A stretch of DNA of 64,000 bases from positions 1 to 64,000 of IMG/VR virus record IMGVR_UViG_3300037010_003037; one strand, given 5' to 3'. Below are positions 45,267 through 55,281 of the stretch, in pieces; position 1 is the stretch's first letter, and every line of letters starts with the position of its first letter. Under the pieces are notes generated by a model that saw nothing but the letters and a program-made list of their open reading frames with translations, was not told the DNA's origin and made no database searches. This stretch comes from a virus. The position numbers and the translations under genes were made by a program.

Positions 45267-46985
45267 ATGTTACTAAAACTACTACTCTTACAAGAAGCAT
45301 CTAGCCTTAGTATTTCTGAGGTAAAAAAAGCTATTCAAAAAGATAAACGTGTATCTCAAGTTCTAAAAAAGGACTTAAAGCTTTCTGACATTCAGAACCC
45401 AGAAACATTTCTTGCGACGTTGAAATACTATATTTTCAATAATGAAAATGTGCGCAATTTCGTTGAAACACGCAACAACATTCGTGACATTGGTGTTTCT
45501 GAGTTCAAAAGATGGCGAACTTTAAGAGCAAATGAATTAACGGATGAAAACATTGAGTGGTTGAGCGAATTTGTACAACTGCTTTTCAAGGAATACGCTT
45601 ATGTAGAGCGTGGATCAATGTCGTCTAAGTTGAAACGCGAGCTTGAGGACTGGCTAAATTCTAACACCAGCCGCCATGTTCTATCTCCATGGGCTCAAAA
45701 GGAACTTATGTCGATTCCTAATCTTCGCCCAAACAAGCGAGTGCTAGTGTATCGTGGTATCTTGTTTAAGGAACATGATTTAAAGTCAGAAAAATCATAT
45801 GATGGTACGTTGGAAGAAGGTAATGGAATTAAATTCCTAAAATCTATTAAAAATGGCGGGCGTGAAGTTGATCTAACATGGAATAGACCTTCTAGCTGGA
45901 CGGTTGATAAAAACATAGCAGAGCGATTTGCTATGTATGGGCCAGCATCAAGCAGTTTTGATGCCACACTTCAATGGCTAGATCGTTCTATGAAACAACA
46001 AGCCATTGATGGCGCTCTTGGATTTGTCATCTCTACTTTTGCTAGGCCAGAAGATATTCTGATTGATATGCGCAGATTATCGGCAAATGGCATAGCTTTA
46101 AAACATGGTGATGAAGGTGAAATTATTCTGAAACCGGGCACATATACAGCACGTATTGTTAAAAAGTATACTGTTAAAGGTGAGGTTGACCCGGAAGCAG
46201 TTGAATCACATGATAATGAAGAACTGAACAAAGCGATTGAAGCTGCAGATGATTTTGTGAAAACTATGAAAGTTCCTTCTGATCTTGGTGATCTCACTAA
46301 AATTAATGATTCTAACTTTAAAATCATTCGTGCGGCACAAATTGCCCAAGATATACCAAAGTTTAGAAAACTTGTTTTAGACAGTACTACGACACAAGTT
46401 ATTCATGAATTTGATAAGTTACTTGATTTTTATAAGAAAAATTTACATAATCTAGAGAATGATGATCTTAGTGCTGACAATTTAATTAGTAATCAAGATG
46501 TTAAGAAAAGAGCCGATTCACTAAAGAAATTTCTCAATATATTGAGACGTGATGTTCGTCATTCAAAATTTGCTAATTCTGATACATCAAAATCAAAAGG
46601 TAAAATTCATGAGCTTACAGCTGAAGAATTTAGATCAACAATCAATCCTGCTGATCTTAAACCTTTAGAAACTGACTTACTTGTTAAAGGCAGAATAGTT
46701 GAAAAGTCAAACATTAAAACTATTGATTTTCTTGCATCAGCTGCAGGTCTTAAGCTGCCAAGTACACATTTTCACATGCTTAGCGTTGCTAAACAGCAAT
46801 CTTTTTTAAATGAAGTATTCTTTAAGTTTCTAGAAAAACTTGGACTTGAACCTTCAAATGATTATAAAGAAAATGTAACACGTGTTCTTAATCTCTTAAA
46901 GAAGGCGTATCGAAATTACGTCATGATTGATATTATTCAGACTGCTGAAAAAGCCCTTAAGGGAAATGGAGATGAATATTGGTAA
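45267..46985 (+). CDS. Putative ADP-ribosyltransferase-domain internal head protein
   Basis: R-S-E pattern: VLVYRGI, PSSWT...AERFA, DEGEIIL; leader MLLKLLLLQE-AS; TAAATA at 45231-45236. Confidence 0.6.
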   Translation: MLLKLLLLQEASSLSISEVKKAIQKDKRVSQVLKKDLKLSDIQNPETFLATLKYYIFNNENVRNFVETRNNIRDIGVSEFKRWRTLRANELTDENIEWLSEFVQLLFKEYAYVERGSMSSKLKRELEDWLNSNTSRHVLSPWAQKELMSIPNLRPNKRVLVYRGILFKEHDLKSEKSYDGTLEEGNGIKFLKSIKNGGREVDLTWNRPSSWTVDKNIAERFAMYGPASSSFDATLQWLDRSMKQQAIDGALGFVISTFARPEDILIDMRRLSANGIALKHGDEGEIILKPGTYTARIVKKYTVKGEVDPEAVESHDNEELNKAIEAADDFVKTMKVPSDLGDLTKINDSNFKIIRAAQIAQDIPKFRKLVLDSTTTQVIHEFDKLLDFYKKNLHNLENDDLSADNLISNQDVKKRADSLKKFLNILRRDVRHSKFANSDTSKSKGKIHELTAEEFRSTINPADLKPLETDLLVKGRIVEKSNIKTIDFLASAAGLKLPSTHFHMLSVAKQQSFLNEVFFKFLEKLGLEPSNDYKENVTRVLNLLKKAYRNYVMIDIIQTAEKALKGNGDEYW

Positions 46986-48072
46986 CCTTTCATTAGAAAA
47001 AACTCCACGTAAAGTTTCACAAATAATTTTTGAATTTCTTGCAAATAGGCTTCCAATCCGTGATGGGAAGCGCCGTGGTGAGGGGTTTAAAAATACTGGT
47101 GCGTATCAAATTCGTATTATGCCTGTAGATTCAAAAAATACTAACAATCTACTAAATGAAACATTGTCGCAAATAAAATCTATTAAAGAACAACAGCTTG
47201 AAATAAAAAACGTTAAAGTAAATGCGAAATCACTTCACTCGCAAAAATTTTCAAGCATTCAGTTTGATGTCGACAATATCACGTATGATGTAGTAATTGC
47301 TGCAGGAGCAAATAAAGGTGAATCATTTGAAAATGAAATCTTGTTTAATCTCAATAATTTCATCGCTGGTATAGATGATAATGTAGAAGCCAAAAAAGCA
47401 CTTGAAGCTATTCAATCAGTTGAACCTTCTATTACTCCTGACCAAATTGATATTATTTCAAAGCGTCAAGGAAAAACTCGACGTGCTAACATAAATGATT
47501 CAGATGAGATTGGTAAGATTATTGCTGATCTTATTATCAGAATGAAGAATGGTAATGAACACTATATCTCATTGAAAAACCTGAATGGCACAAACATCGC
47601 GCAATTTGGTATCGCGAGCATCTTTGATGATAATTTGAATGCTAATACATCTAACCCGCTATGGAATAAATGGTTAGCCCCTTTTAATTTGGATTCAAAG
47701 AAGATTACAGCTGGTTTAAAATCTTACCAAACAAAACAAAAACCATCATTTACTACAGAAGAAACTATTAACAAGAAGCTTACACCCAATTCTGCAGCGT
47801 ACGCACTTCTTGAAAATATGTGGGGCACAGGATATATCTATCTTCGTGAGAAAAGAAATGGGTGGGAAGCAATGAAGATAGACAAAGAATACTTAGCGCA
47901 AAATCTTTTAAAAGATCTTGAGATAGTTAAAATTCTTTACCCTTCTGAAGAACGGAAATCTGTTGAAGTATATTTGAAGTTTACTAATGGTAGTTATAGA
48001 GTTAGATTAAGAAATAAGAATGATCCAAAGTGCCTTAAACCTACGATCATTCAGCTTGAAAAAACTAAATAA
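46966..48072 (+). CDS. PD-(D/E)xK nuclease-like protein
   Basis: NKGESFE ... IIADLII ... HYISLKN pattern; start may be 46966 or 46972. Confidence 0.55.
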   Translation: MEMNIGNLSLEKTPRKVSQIIFEFLANRLPIRDGKRRGEGFKNTGAYQIRIMPVDSKNTNNLLNETLSQIKSIKEQQLEIKNVKVNAKSLHSQKFSSIQFDVDNITYDVVIAAGANKGESFENEILFNLNNFIAGIDDNVEAKKALEAIQSVEPSITPDQIDIISKRQGKTRRANINDSDEIGKIIADLIIRMKNGNEHYISLKNLNGTNIAQFGIASIFDDNLNANTSNPLWNKWLAPFNLDSKKITAGLKSYQTKQKPSFTTEETINKKLTPNSAAYALLENMWGTGYIYLREKRNGWEAMKIDKEYLAQNLLKDLEIVKILYPSEERKSVEVYLKFTNGSYRVRLRNKNDPKCLKPTIIQLEKTK

Positions 48073-48111
48073 ATATTTTCTCATTAATAATAAACACTAA
48101 GGACAGGAGTA

Positions 48112-48483
48112 ATGTCAAGACACGAATACGAACATCATGTTCCTCGTAATTACAAAAATAAAAGTAAGCAACGAGTTTCTGAAGATTTTGATGAAAATAG
48201 ACCGGCAAAAATAAGCTTTAAGCCATACTTGCTTCAAATACGTGAGCAAGAAACTATGGATGAAATGTATATTGAGCCCGTTTATAAACCTGGTGAGATT
48301 GTTGATTTAACACCAGAACACGAGAAACAAATTATCGAGGATTTTGTTAGATGGTCTGGAGGATATTACCCAGATGAAATGAATGACTCAGAACTTCAAG
48401 AATATGCCACTAAAGCTTCTGCAGCAGAATTTGATTCAGACACGGTTCTTAGGTTTATACGAAACTACGTTAAGGAAGACTAA
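48112..48483 (+). CDS. Hypothetical protein
   Basis: AGGAG RBS; TAAATA upstream. Confidence 0.7.
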   Translation: MSRHEYEHHVPRNYKNKSKQRVSEDFDENRPAKISFKPYLLQIREQETMDEMYIEPVYKPGEIVDLTPEHEKQIIEDFVRWSGGYYPDEMNDSELQEYATKASAAEFDSDTVLRFIRNYVKED

Positions 48484-48974
48484 TGTTAGTAGTTCCTATT
48501 CACAAAGATACCATTCTTACAAAAGATGGCAATAAATTACGCGTTATAGAGTACACCAACTATAAAGAGGGTGGACCGGCAGTTTACGCAAAGTCTCCTG
48601 CAAAAGAAGTTATTCTTGTTTACTTCTTCGACATCGCAGAGATAAATGGGACAAAAGTAGAATACGAGCGCAGTTCAAAAGTGTTCAGAGCTTTTGGAAA
48701 AATTTTTAGAGAACAGCATCTTCCTCAGCCTGATGATACCATTATTGTCCTTAAGAATAGTATTTCTGATGAAGATCAGAAATCAAGCGCTAAGGTAGAA
48801 TCACTAAAGCTAAAATCAAAATTACTTGGTGTAAATAAAGGGTTGCTTATTAAAGACGATCAAGGAAATTACTATCGTCTAAAACAAATTTTAGATATTG
48901 AGCGTGCTTTAGGTGGAAATAACTTTGACAGAGACGTTTTTATGGCAATGTATAAGGATTATGCGGGAGTCTAA
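48483..48974 (+). CDS. Hypothetical protein
   Basis: TAATG coupling. Confidence 0.7.
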   Translation: MLVVPIHKDTILTKDGNKLRVIEYTNYKEGGPAVYAKSPAKEVILVYFFDIAEINGTKVEYERSSKVFRAFGKIFREQHLPQPDDTIIVLKNSISDEDQKSSAKVESLKLKSKLLGVNKGLLIKDDQGNYYRLKQILDIERALGGNNFDRDVFMAMYKDYAGV

Positions 48975-48976
48975 AT

Positions 48977-49198
48977 ATGAAGATGCTTGGTCAAGAAATT
49001 TATACACACGAAGAATTTAATACTTTTCTTCAGGAAAAATTTAATCCTTTAAAAGCGCACACTGCGGCACATAATGACATGATTATTTTTCAAAAACAAG
49101 AAATTGAAGAGCTAAAGAAAAACTTAAACAGATATAAGATTTTAACTATTGCTGCTATGTTAATATCTATCATTACCGTCGCGTTAACTGTACTATAA
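48977..49198 (+). CDS. Small protein with coiled coil and C-terminal TM anchor
   Basis: GGAG RBS; hydrophobic C-terminus. Confidence 0.6.
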   Translation: MKMLGQEIYTHEEFNTFLQEKFNPLKAHTAAHNDMIIFQKQEIEELKKNLNRYKILTIAAMLISIITVALTVL

Positions 49199-49231
49199 GC
49201 ACTAAATATACCCATATAATATGGAAACGCT

Positions 49232-49450
49232 ATGTCAAAGCTTGATTTTTTCGCTAATCTTGAAGATGAGATAAAATCTCCTAAGAAGAAATACCAGTTG
49301 TTTGAAGCAAAAATAGGCTTTGAGACTGGTAAGGTTCTCATTCCACTTGAGAATGCTGATGCATTTGAAGCCGCCGCTTTAAAAGCTAAACCAAAAACAC
49401 GAACATCATTTTTAGCGTTAGCTAAAAAATTTGGGGGCCGTGCTGAATGA
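49232..49450 (+). CDS. Hypothetical protein
   Basis: TAAATA at 49203-49208; coupled to the next gene. Confidence 0.6.
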   Translation: MSKLDFFANLEDEIKSPKKKYQLFEAKIGFETGKVLIPLENADAFEAAALKAKPKTRTSFLALAKKFGGRAE

Positions 49451-50118
49451 GTGATTGCTCTCTACAACTTTTTTCTAACAATGCGGTTGCGTTACTTCAA
49501 AACGATGTCTCGCCAACTGATTTAGTTATTCAAGTTCAACCTGGGCTTGGGAAATTTTTCCCGCAACCAACTAATGCTGGTGAGTGGTTTCTAATTACAT
49601 TAGAAACCACTTCTGCACCTTTTCAACATGAGATCATTAAGATCATTGGTAGAACAGGAGATGTTCTTATCGTTGATCCAGCAGGCAGAGGATGGGAAGC
49701 TACCACACCAAGAGCTTGGGCAGCAAACGAAACTCTAGTTGACCATCGTATTACCGCAGGTTCGCTTCGATGTTTTCAACGAAGTACAACATCAAATTTC
49801 GGGGATACTACTCTAGGTCTTACAGTAGAAGTTGGCAATACTGAAAATGCTAACTCTCTTGACATTACTAGGTTAAATAAAACATGCAAGTGGATTGTTA
49901 CTATTGAAACTGCTGATAACAGAATTTGCATGATAGAAATTCTAGCAGTGTATAAGCCAGGTAATCCTATTTGGAATCGCTACTCAAAGGTTGGCGATAA
50001 TATAAGTGTAGCGTTTGATGTACTTGATGCTACAACTCAGATGATTCTTAGCATATCAAATACAGATACATTTAACTTTACAAAAGTAGACGTAATGCGA
50101 TTACAGCACTACGCATGA
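49447..50118 (+). CDS. Putative virion/tail-associated protein
   Basis: FSNNA..L...EIIKI..RTGD..RGWEAT..RITAG module typical of fibre N-termini; first gene of the fibre cluster. Confidence 0.55.
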   Translation: MSDCSLQLFSNNAVALLQNDVSPTDLVIQVQPGLGKFFPQPTNAGEWFLITLETTSAPFQHEIIKIIGRTGDVLIVDPAGRGWEATTPRAWAANETLVDHRITAGSLRCFQRSTTSNFGDTTLGLTVEVGNTENANSLDITRLNKTCKWIVTIETADNRICMIEILAVYKPGNPIWNRYSKVGDNISVAFDVLDATTQMILSISNTDTFNFTKVDVMRLQHYA

Positions 50119-50172
50119 TAAATATTAAACAACCAATAGGTTGAAACCAATCTTTGAAAAAGAGGAGACACG

Positions 50173-51507
50173 ATGTCAACTGATTTCTTTCGCATTTACC
50201 GCGGCTTAGAGCTTGATGAAGCCGCACAATTTCTAACCGGTATCGGTGCTCCAGGAGCTGCTGATGATACTTCTACCGCTCCACGCGGTTCATACTTTAC
50301 AGATACAGCAACTGGCGACTTTTACATTAAGGTGGCGCAAGGTGTTGGTACTGATAAGTGGAAGCGCGTAGCTACTGAAGACTATGTTTCAACCGTGACT
50401 TCTACCGGTATATCGTGGCGTGAACCAGTTGCTGTAATTGATACAACTGCTACCGATGTAACTACACTTAAAGCAGACCTTGATGCTGATAATTTTATCC
50501 AAGGTGTTCCAGTTACAGCTGGGATGCGCATCCTTGGTGCTAATGTTACTGGCAACAAGAATATTTTTGTTGTAAGCGGAACTGCAGGCAACTGGACTCT
50601 GACCGAAGATTTAAATCTAGAATCTGCTGGCGATGCTGTTTATGTTATTGGTGGCGATGATGCTGGCAAGACCTTCCAGTATGATGGCACTAATTGGACA
50701 TGGATCTTAGGTCAAGCAAACACTGAAGATGCATTTATTCGCGCATTTATTGGCAAGGATGCTGCTGGAAATGAGCTACCATTATACACTAGCACGCACG
50801 TTATCAGCAACAATGACAGTCTTGAAACTGCAGCTGGTAAGCTTGATGCAGAAGCAGGATATGCTAATGCGTTCATAGGTAAAACTGGTGTTGGTAATGT
50901 ACTTCCAAACTACAGCTCAGTAAACGTTGTTGCTAATGGCGATAATCTTGAAACAGCTATTGGTAAACTAGATGCTGAGATTGGCCCGGCAGTCGTTAAT
51001 GGAACGGTCATTCAAGCATCCAATACAGCAAATGCAAACATCACTGCTCTTGATGGTGAAGTTGGCCATATCGACACATATCTTGGTAAGACTGCTGGTA
51101 ATAGCACTCCAAATTATTCTTCTACAAGTTTTGTTGCAACTAATGATAGTCTAACAACTGCAGTTGGTAAGCTTGATGCAGCAATTGCATCTACCAGCCT
51201 TACATGTACAGTAACCAATGTAACATCTATTACTGCTGTTGACACCGTTACTGGTGTTGCTGCTGAATGGAATGTTTATATTCGACAGTCTGACACACCT
51301 ACCAACGTTCGTGTATTCAAGGTGTTTGCAATGCATAATGGTACTGACGTTGACAGCACTATTTTCGCGACTCTGTCAAGTGGTGGTGCGATTTCGGGAT
51401 TCCATGCCACTGTCACTCTTAGTGGTGGTAGCCTTGTTCTTAACGTTCAGTCTACAGTAGCCGTTGATGTTAAGGCACAACGTCTGTCTGCTATTGCAGC
51501 GTTTTAA
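50173..51507 (+). CDS. Fibre-like structural protein with internal (N/G)DxLxTAxGKLDA repeats
   Basis: GAGGAG RBS; TAAATA at 50119-50124; three to four repeats such as PNYSS..V..NDSL.TA.GKLDA. Confidence 0.7.
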   Translation: MSTDFFRIYRGLELDEAAQFLTGIGAPGAADDTSTAPRGSYFTDTATGDFYIKVAQGVGTDKWKRVATEDYVSTVTSTGISWREPVAVIDTTATDVTTLKADLDADNFIQGVPVTAGMRILGANVTGNKNIFVVSGTAGNWTLTEDLNLESAGDAVYVIGGDDAGKTFQYDGTNWTWILGQANTEDAFIRAFIGKDAAGNELPLYTSTHVISNNDSLETAAGKLDAEAGYANAFIGKTGVGNVLPNYSSVNVVANGDNLETAIGKLDAEIGPAVVNGTVIQASNTANANITALDGEVGHIDTYLGKTAGNSTPNYSSTSFVATNDSLTTAVGKLDAAIASTSLTCTVTNVTSITAVDTVTGVAAEWNVYIRQSDTPTNVRVFKVFAMHNGTDVDSTIFATLSSGGAISGFHATVTLSGGSLVLNVQSTVAVDVKAQRLSAIAAF

Positions 51508-51533
51508 TTAATGTAACTTTGAAGAGATTGTAA

Positions 51534-53033
51534 ATGACAGATCTTAACTTAGCGTTTCAGTTCGAAAATGGGCTAGTATTCTCTGAGACTGACATTGCAA
51601 TCTTTTCTGGTGCTGATGATCCATCTACAGGGGTTTCGGCCCCTGTAGGTTCGTTCTTTTTAAGATCATCTGGAGACGCCTATCTTAAAACTGGCACGCT
51701 TAACATAAATTGGTCTAGAGTTCTTAAAAATGGCGATGTAACTATTAACTTAGTTCAACCAACTTCAGGTTTAACAATTACTGGTGGTCCAATAAACAAC
51801 AGTGGAACTATTACATTTGCTCTCGCAAATGATCTTGCCGCGCTTGAAGGACTTTCAGGAACAGGTTTTGCTGTTAGAACAGGTACTGACACATGGGCAA
51901 ACAGAACACTTACAGCTGGTACTGGTATTTCCATTTCCAACGGAACTGGAGCAGATGGTGACCCAGTTATTACAAACACTGGTGTTACTTCAGCGTTTGG
52001 AAGAACTGGAGTTGTTTTAGCGCAAGAAGGTGATTACTCGCTTAACCTTTTATCAGATGTATCTCTTACTTCACCATCAGCTTTCCAAGTTCTTGCGTAC
52101 AATGGTTCACAGTGGGTAAATACGGGTGCTGTTGGTGCAAATGCTACTGGTTTGGTTGGTGCTGGGCAATCATCACCGGCTAACTGGACACTTATATCTG
52201 GAACTAGATATAGAGCTGATTTTGTTCACAATCTAGGAACCTCAAACGTAGTTGTAAATGTCTGGAATACAAGCAACAACGATGTGGTTATTCCAGCTCG
52301 TATAACAGCACTAGATGCCAATACAGTTAGAATTGAAGTAAATGGTAACACGGCAACTTTAAGAGTGGTTGTTGTTGCCAATGGGCAATCAATAGTTGCT
52401 GGTGGATCAACTCCTTCAAGCGTTATTGCTGCTAAGGATGGGGTGGATATTCTAAGCGGCGCAACACGTTTGAACTTTGTTGGACAAGCAGTTAATGTTG
52501 CTAATTCTGGTGGTGGAACCGCAAATATTACTATCGGTTCACGCTTTACGTTCTTCTCGGCATCTCTCGACAGCCCTAACAGTTCTGATTGGGCAGTTAA
52601 TGCCAACGCAGCACTTACCACGGACCCATCATATGCTTCACTGAACGTCCGTTCATTCAGTGATACTGTTGAACAGGGTGTTGGCGCGTTAGTGTCTGTT
52701 CCTCCCGGTACAACACAATTCAAACTAAAAATTAGAGGTAGACCACAGACAGCTCCAGGCACTGCATCTGTAGTTCAGTTCCGTGTGTATACACGACAGC
52801 TTCCTCCAAATAGTACTGTCGGCACATGGTCAAGCGCGACCGACTTGTCTAGTTTTAGTGTTCCAACTAATGCTAACTTTCAGTACTTTGAAGTTATCGG
52901 ACCTCTAAGCACGATTGGGATGGTTGCAGACAGAATGTTTCAAATTGAAGTCACTCGTAAAGTATCAGGTGTTTCAGGAACTAATCTTGCAGCCAACTTT
53001 TTACTAGCTGAAATGACTCTGGAGTTCTTCTAA
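51534..53033 (+). CDS. Tail fibre-like protein
   Basis: ANDLAALEGLSGTGFAVRTG, RTLTAGTGISISNG, GVTSAFGRTG and VLAYNGSQWVN fibre motifs. Confidence 0.72.
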   Translation: MTDLNLAFQFENGLVFSETDIAIFSGADDPSTGVSAPVGSFFLRSSGDAYLKTGTLNINWSRVLKNGDVTINLVQPTSGLTITGGPINNSGTITFALANDLAALEGLSGTGFAVRTGTDTWANRTLTAGTGISISNGTGADGDPVITNTGVTSAFGRTGVVLAQEGDYSLNLLSDVSLTSPSAFQVLAYNGSQWVNTGAVGANATGLVGAGQSSPANWTLISGTRYRADFVHNLGTSNVVVNVWNTSNNDVVIPARITALDANTVRIEVNGNTATLRVVVVANGQSIVAGGSTPSSVIAAKDGVDILSGATRLNFVGQAVNVANSGGGTANITIGSRFTFFSASLDSPNSSDWAVNANAALTTDPSYASLNVRSFSDTVEQGVGALVSVPPGTTQFKLKIRGRPQTAPGTASVVQFRVYTRQLPPNSTVGTWSSATDLSSFSVPTNANFQYFEVIGPLSTIGMVADRMFQIEVTRKVSGVSGTNLAANFLLAEMTLEFF

Positions 53034-53770
53034 TGGCAATTCAGTGCACAGCTGCCGACTATCATCTTAGAAGCACAAGTTCTTTTTTGAACATATCAAG
53101 CACTGCACCTTTTTCTATAGCCGTTTGGTTAAATGCCTCCTGGACAGATGGTAATACCTACTCATTTGTTGGAATATATGGTCCGACAAATTCAAATGAT
53201 TCACCAACAGCTACTCCAGTTACCGCTTTACAAATTGGAACAAAGACTGGGCAAGGTAATTTAGTATTTTGGACATGGGGTGGTACCACATTAACAGCAA
53301 CATCAACTGGCGTGATGAACGCGTTTAACAATAAGTGGTGTCATGTGACTTACACGTATGATGGTACTACGCATCGAGGCTATGTAAATGGTAAACTAGT
53401 TACATCAACAGTAGGGTCAAATACAGCTGGTTTTTTAAAACAGATTTACATAAATGGATATCCTGGAGCTACAACAAATGAAACTTCAACTCATCAAGTT
53501 GATGCATACATGCTCTATAACCGTGCGTTAAGAGATGATGAGATACTTACTATCTCATCTGCAAGAGGATCACGTCACGCAATAACATATGGGTTGCTAG
53601 TTTGGCATGAATTTGATGAGCAAGCACAGGGAACTTCTGTTACAAATGTTGTTGATCTTACTAAAAATGGAGTAAATTTAACAAATGTATCTGTAGGAAC
53701 CCCCGGCGCTCCAGCAACATATACGTACATAAATACTCTTGCAAATTCTAACTTGAGGCCAGTTCAATGA
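53033..53770 (+). CDS. LamG/concanavalin-A-like domain protein
   Basis: FSIAVW...NKWCHVTYTYDG..RGYVNGKL...LYNRAL.DDEI. Confidence 0.78.
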   Translation: MAIQCTAADYHLRSTSSFLNISSTAPFSIAVWLNASWTDGNTYSFVGIYGPTNSNDSPTATPVTALQIGTKTGQGNLVFWTWGGTTLTATSTGVMNAFNNKWCHVTYTYDGTTHRGYVNGKLVTSTVGSNTAGFLKQIYINGYPGATTNETSTHQVDAYMLYNRALRDDEILTISSARGSRHAITYGLLVWHEFDEQAQGTSVTNVVDLTKNGVNLTNVSVGTPGAPATYTYINTLANSNLRPVQ

Positions 53771-54708
53771 CTACAGAAGTTCTCGGTAAGCTATCATTTT
53801 TAGAGGTTCCAGATGTAAATGGGAATGATGTTTTGCTCAACGCGGGCGGTGTTCCTTCATTTGCTTCAGGTCCTACAACCAATCTTCCTTCATCTGGAAT
53901 TGTAGGTCGTATCTACATTGATACTACAGCGCTTAAAATTCTTAGAGATAATGGAACCTCTTGGGATTCTATTAGTATTACTTCTTCATCTATTTTAGGA
54001 ACAGCTAATCAGATAAATGTTTCTGGAACTGATCCTTTGAATATTTCTCTTGCAAGTAATGCCATTTTTCCTGGAAGTGAAGGAATTGTGCTTCCATCTG
54101 GTTCTACGTCATCAAGACCAGCTGTTCCTACAGTAGGCAAGATCAGATATAATACCGACCTTCGACGTATTGAGTATTATCAGCCAAGTGTTTGGGTTAA
54201 AAGTAGCGGTATAATTGAAAAGAATGTCACAAATATAAAAATAACAAGTACTGCTGAAAGTGATTTAATGAGCCTGACAATTCCAGGAGGAACACTTGGA
54301 GCAGATGGCATAATCAAAATTAGCATTAATGCATCCATTAATAACGTGTCAGGTGCATACAGAGCATATATTATTAGGGTTAGGTATGGTTCCACTATTG
54401 TATATGCTGATACTACTGCAAACCAAGCAACTGGCACCACAGTAGGGTTAACAGGAAATCTGTACTTAACAGCAAATAGTTCTTCATCTGCCCAAACATT
54501 AAATGGTTTCATAATGATTGGATCAGCTGGGGCTGTTACTACTGGTATTACAGGTGATTTGTCAACAAGTACAATCTTATCTAATGCTATTATTGATGCA
54601 ACAAGCGCTGTAGATAGCAGTGTAGATCAAACACTTCGTGTAACTATTCAACCAAGTGGTACTGGAACAACTACAACTCGTAGATTCTATCTAGTTGAGT
54701 TACTTTGA
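53767..54708 (+). CDS. Tail fibre-like protein
   Basis: GTANQINV, IVLPSGSTSSRP..GKIRYNTD..IEYY fibre motif. Confidence 0.68.
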   Translation: MTTEVLGKLSFLEVPDVNGNDVLLNAGGVPSFASGPTTNLPSSGIVGRIYIDTTALKILRDNGTSWDSISITSSSILGTANQINVSGTDPLNISLASNAIFPGSEGIVLPSGSTSSRPAVPTVGKIRYNTDLRRIEYYQPSVWVKSSGIIEKNVTNIKITSTAESDLMSLTIPGGTLGADGIIKISINASINNVSGAYRAYIIRVRYGSTIVYADTTANQATGTTVGLTGNLYLTANSSSSAQTLNGFIMIGSAGAVTTGITGDLSTSTILSNAIIDATSAVDSSVDQTLRVTIQPSGTGTTTTRRFYLVELL

Positions 54709-54719
54709 GGAGAACATAA

Positions 54720-55280
54720 ATGACTATAGCATATAACAAAGTAACTAGAGAGTGGAAATCAACATCAACGCCAGAAGAATTAGATTCGAATTGGATAATT
54801 GATCCTGTGTTTGAAGATAAAGAATTTGCTAATGAAATAGGTCAAGAATATTGGTCATTTGACGGCAACATCATAAAAACACCAACGCGTGAAGAGTATG
54901 CGGCTATTCAAAAAGAAAATAACCAAAAAGAAATGTGGAGACAAATTCAAGCATTTCGCGATGAACGAGTAAGTACTGGTGGAGTGTTTGTTGCTGGAAA
55001 ATGGTTTCACAGCGATAGCACATCACGTATTCAACAGCTTGGGTTGGTTATGATGGGGCAAAATATGCCATCTAACTTAATGTGGAAGACCATGGATGGT
55101 ACGTTTGTGCAAATGACTCCAGAACTTGCCCAGCAAATTTTCCAAGCATCAGCAGCAAGCGATATGACTAATTTTGCGATTGCTGAACAGCATCGTCAAC
55201 AGATGTTACTTTCAGATGACCCATTGAATTATGATTTTAGAAATACTGCTCCGCAGTGGCCACCAATTTTTGGAGAGTGA
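54720..55280 (+). CDS. DUF4376-like tail fibre assembly protein
   Basis: IQAFRDER..GGV..GKWFHSDSTSRIQQLGL..WKTMDGTFV.MT..WPP. Confidence 0.72.
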   Translation: MTIAYNKVTREWKSTSTPEELDSNWIIDPVFEDKEFANEIGQEYWSFDGNIIKTPTREEYAAIQKENNQKEMWRQIQAFRDERVSTGGVFVAGKWFHSDSTSRIQQLGLVMMGQNMPSNLMWKTMDGTFVQMTPELAQQIFQASAASDMTNFAIAEQHRQQMLLSDDPLNYDFRNTAPQWPPIFGE

Positions 55281-55281
55281 T

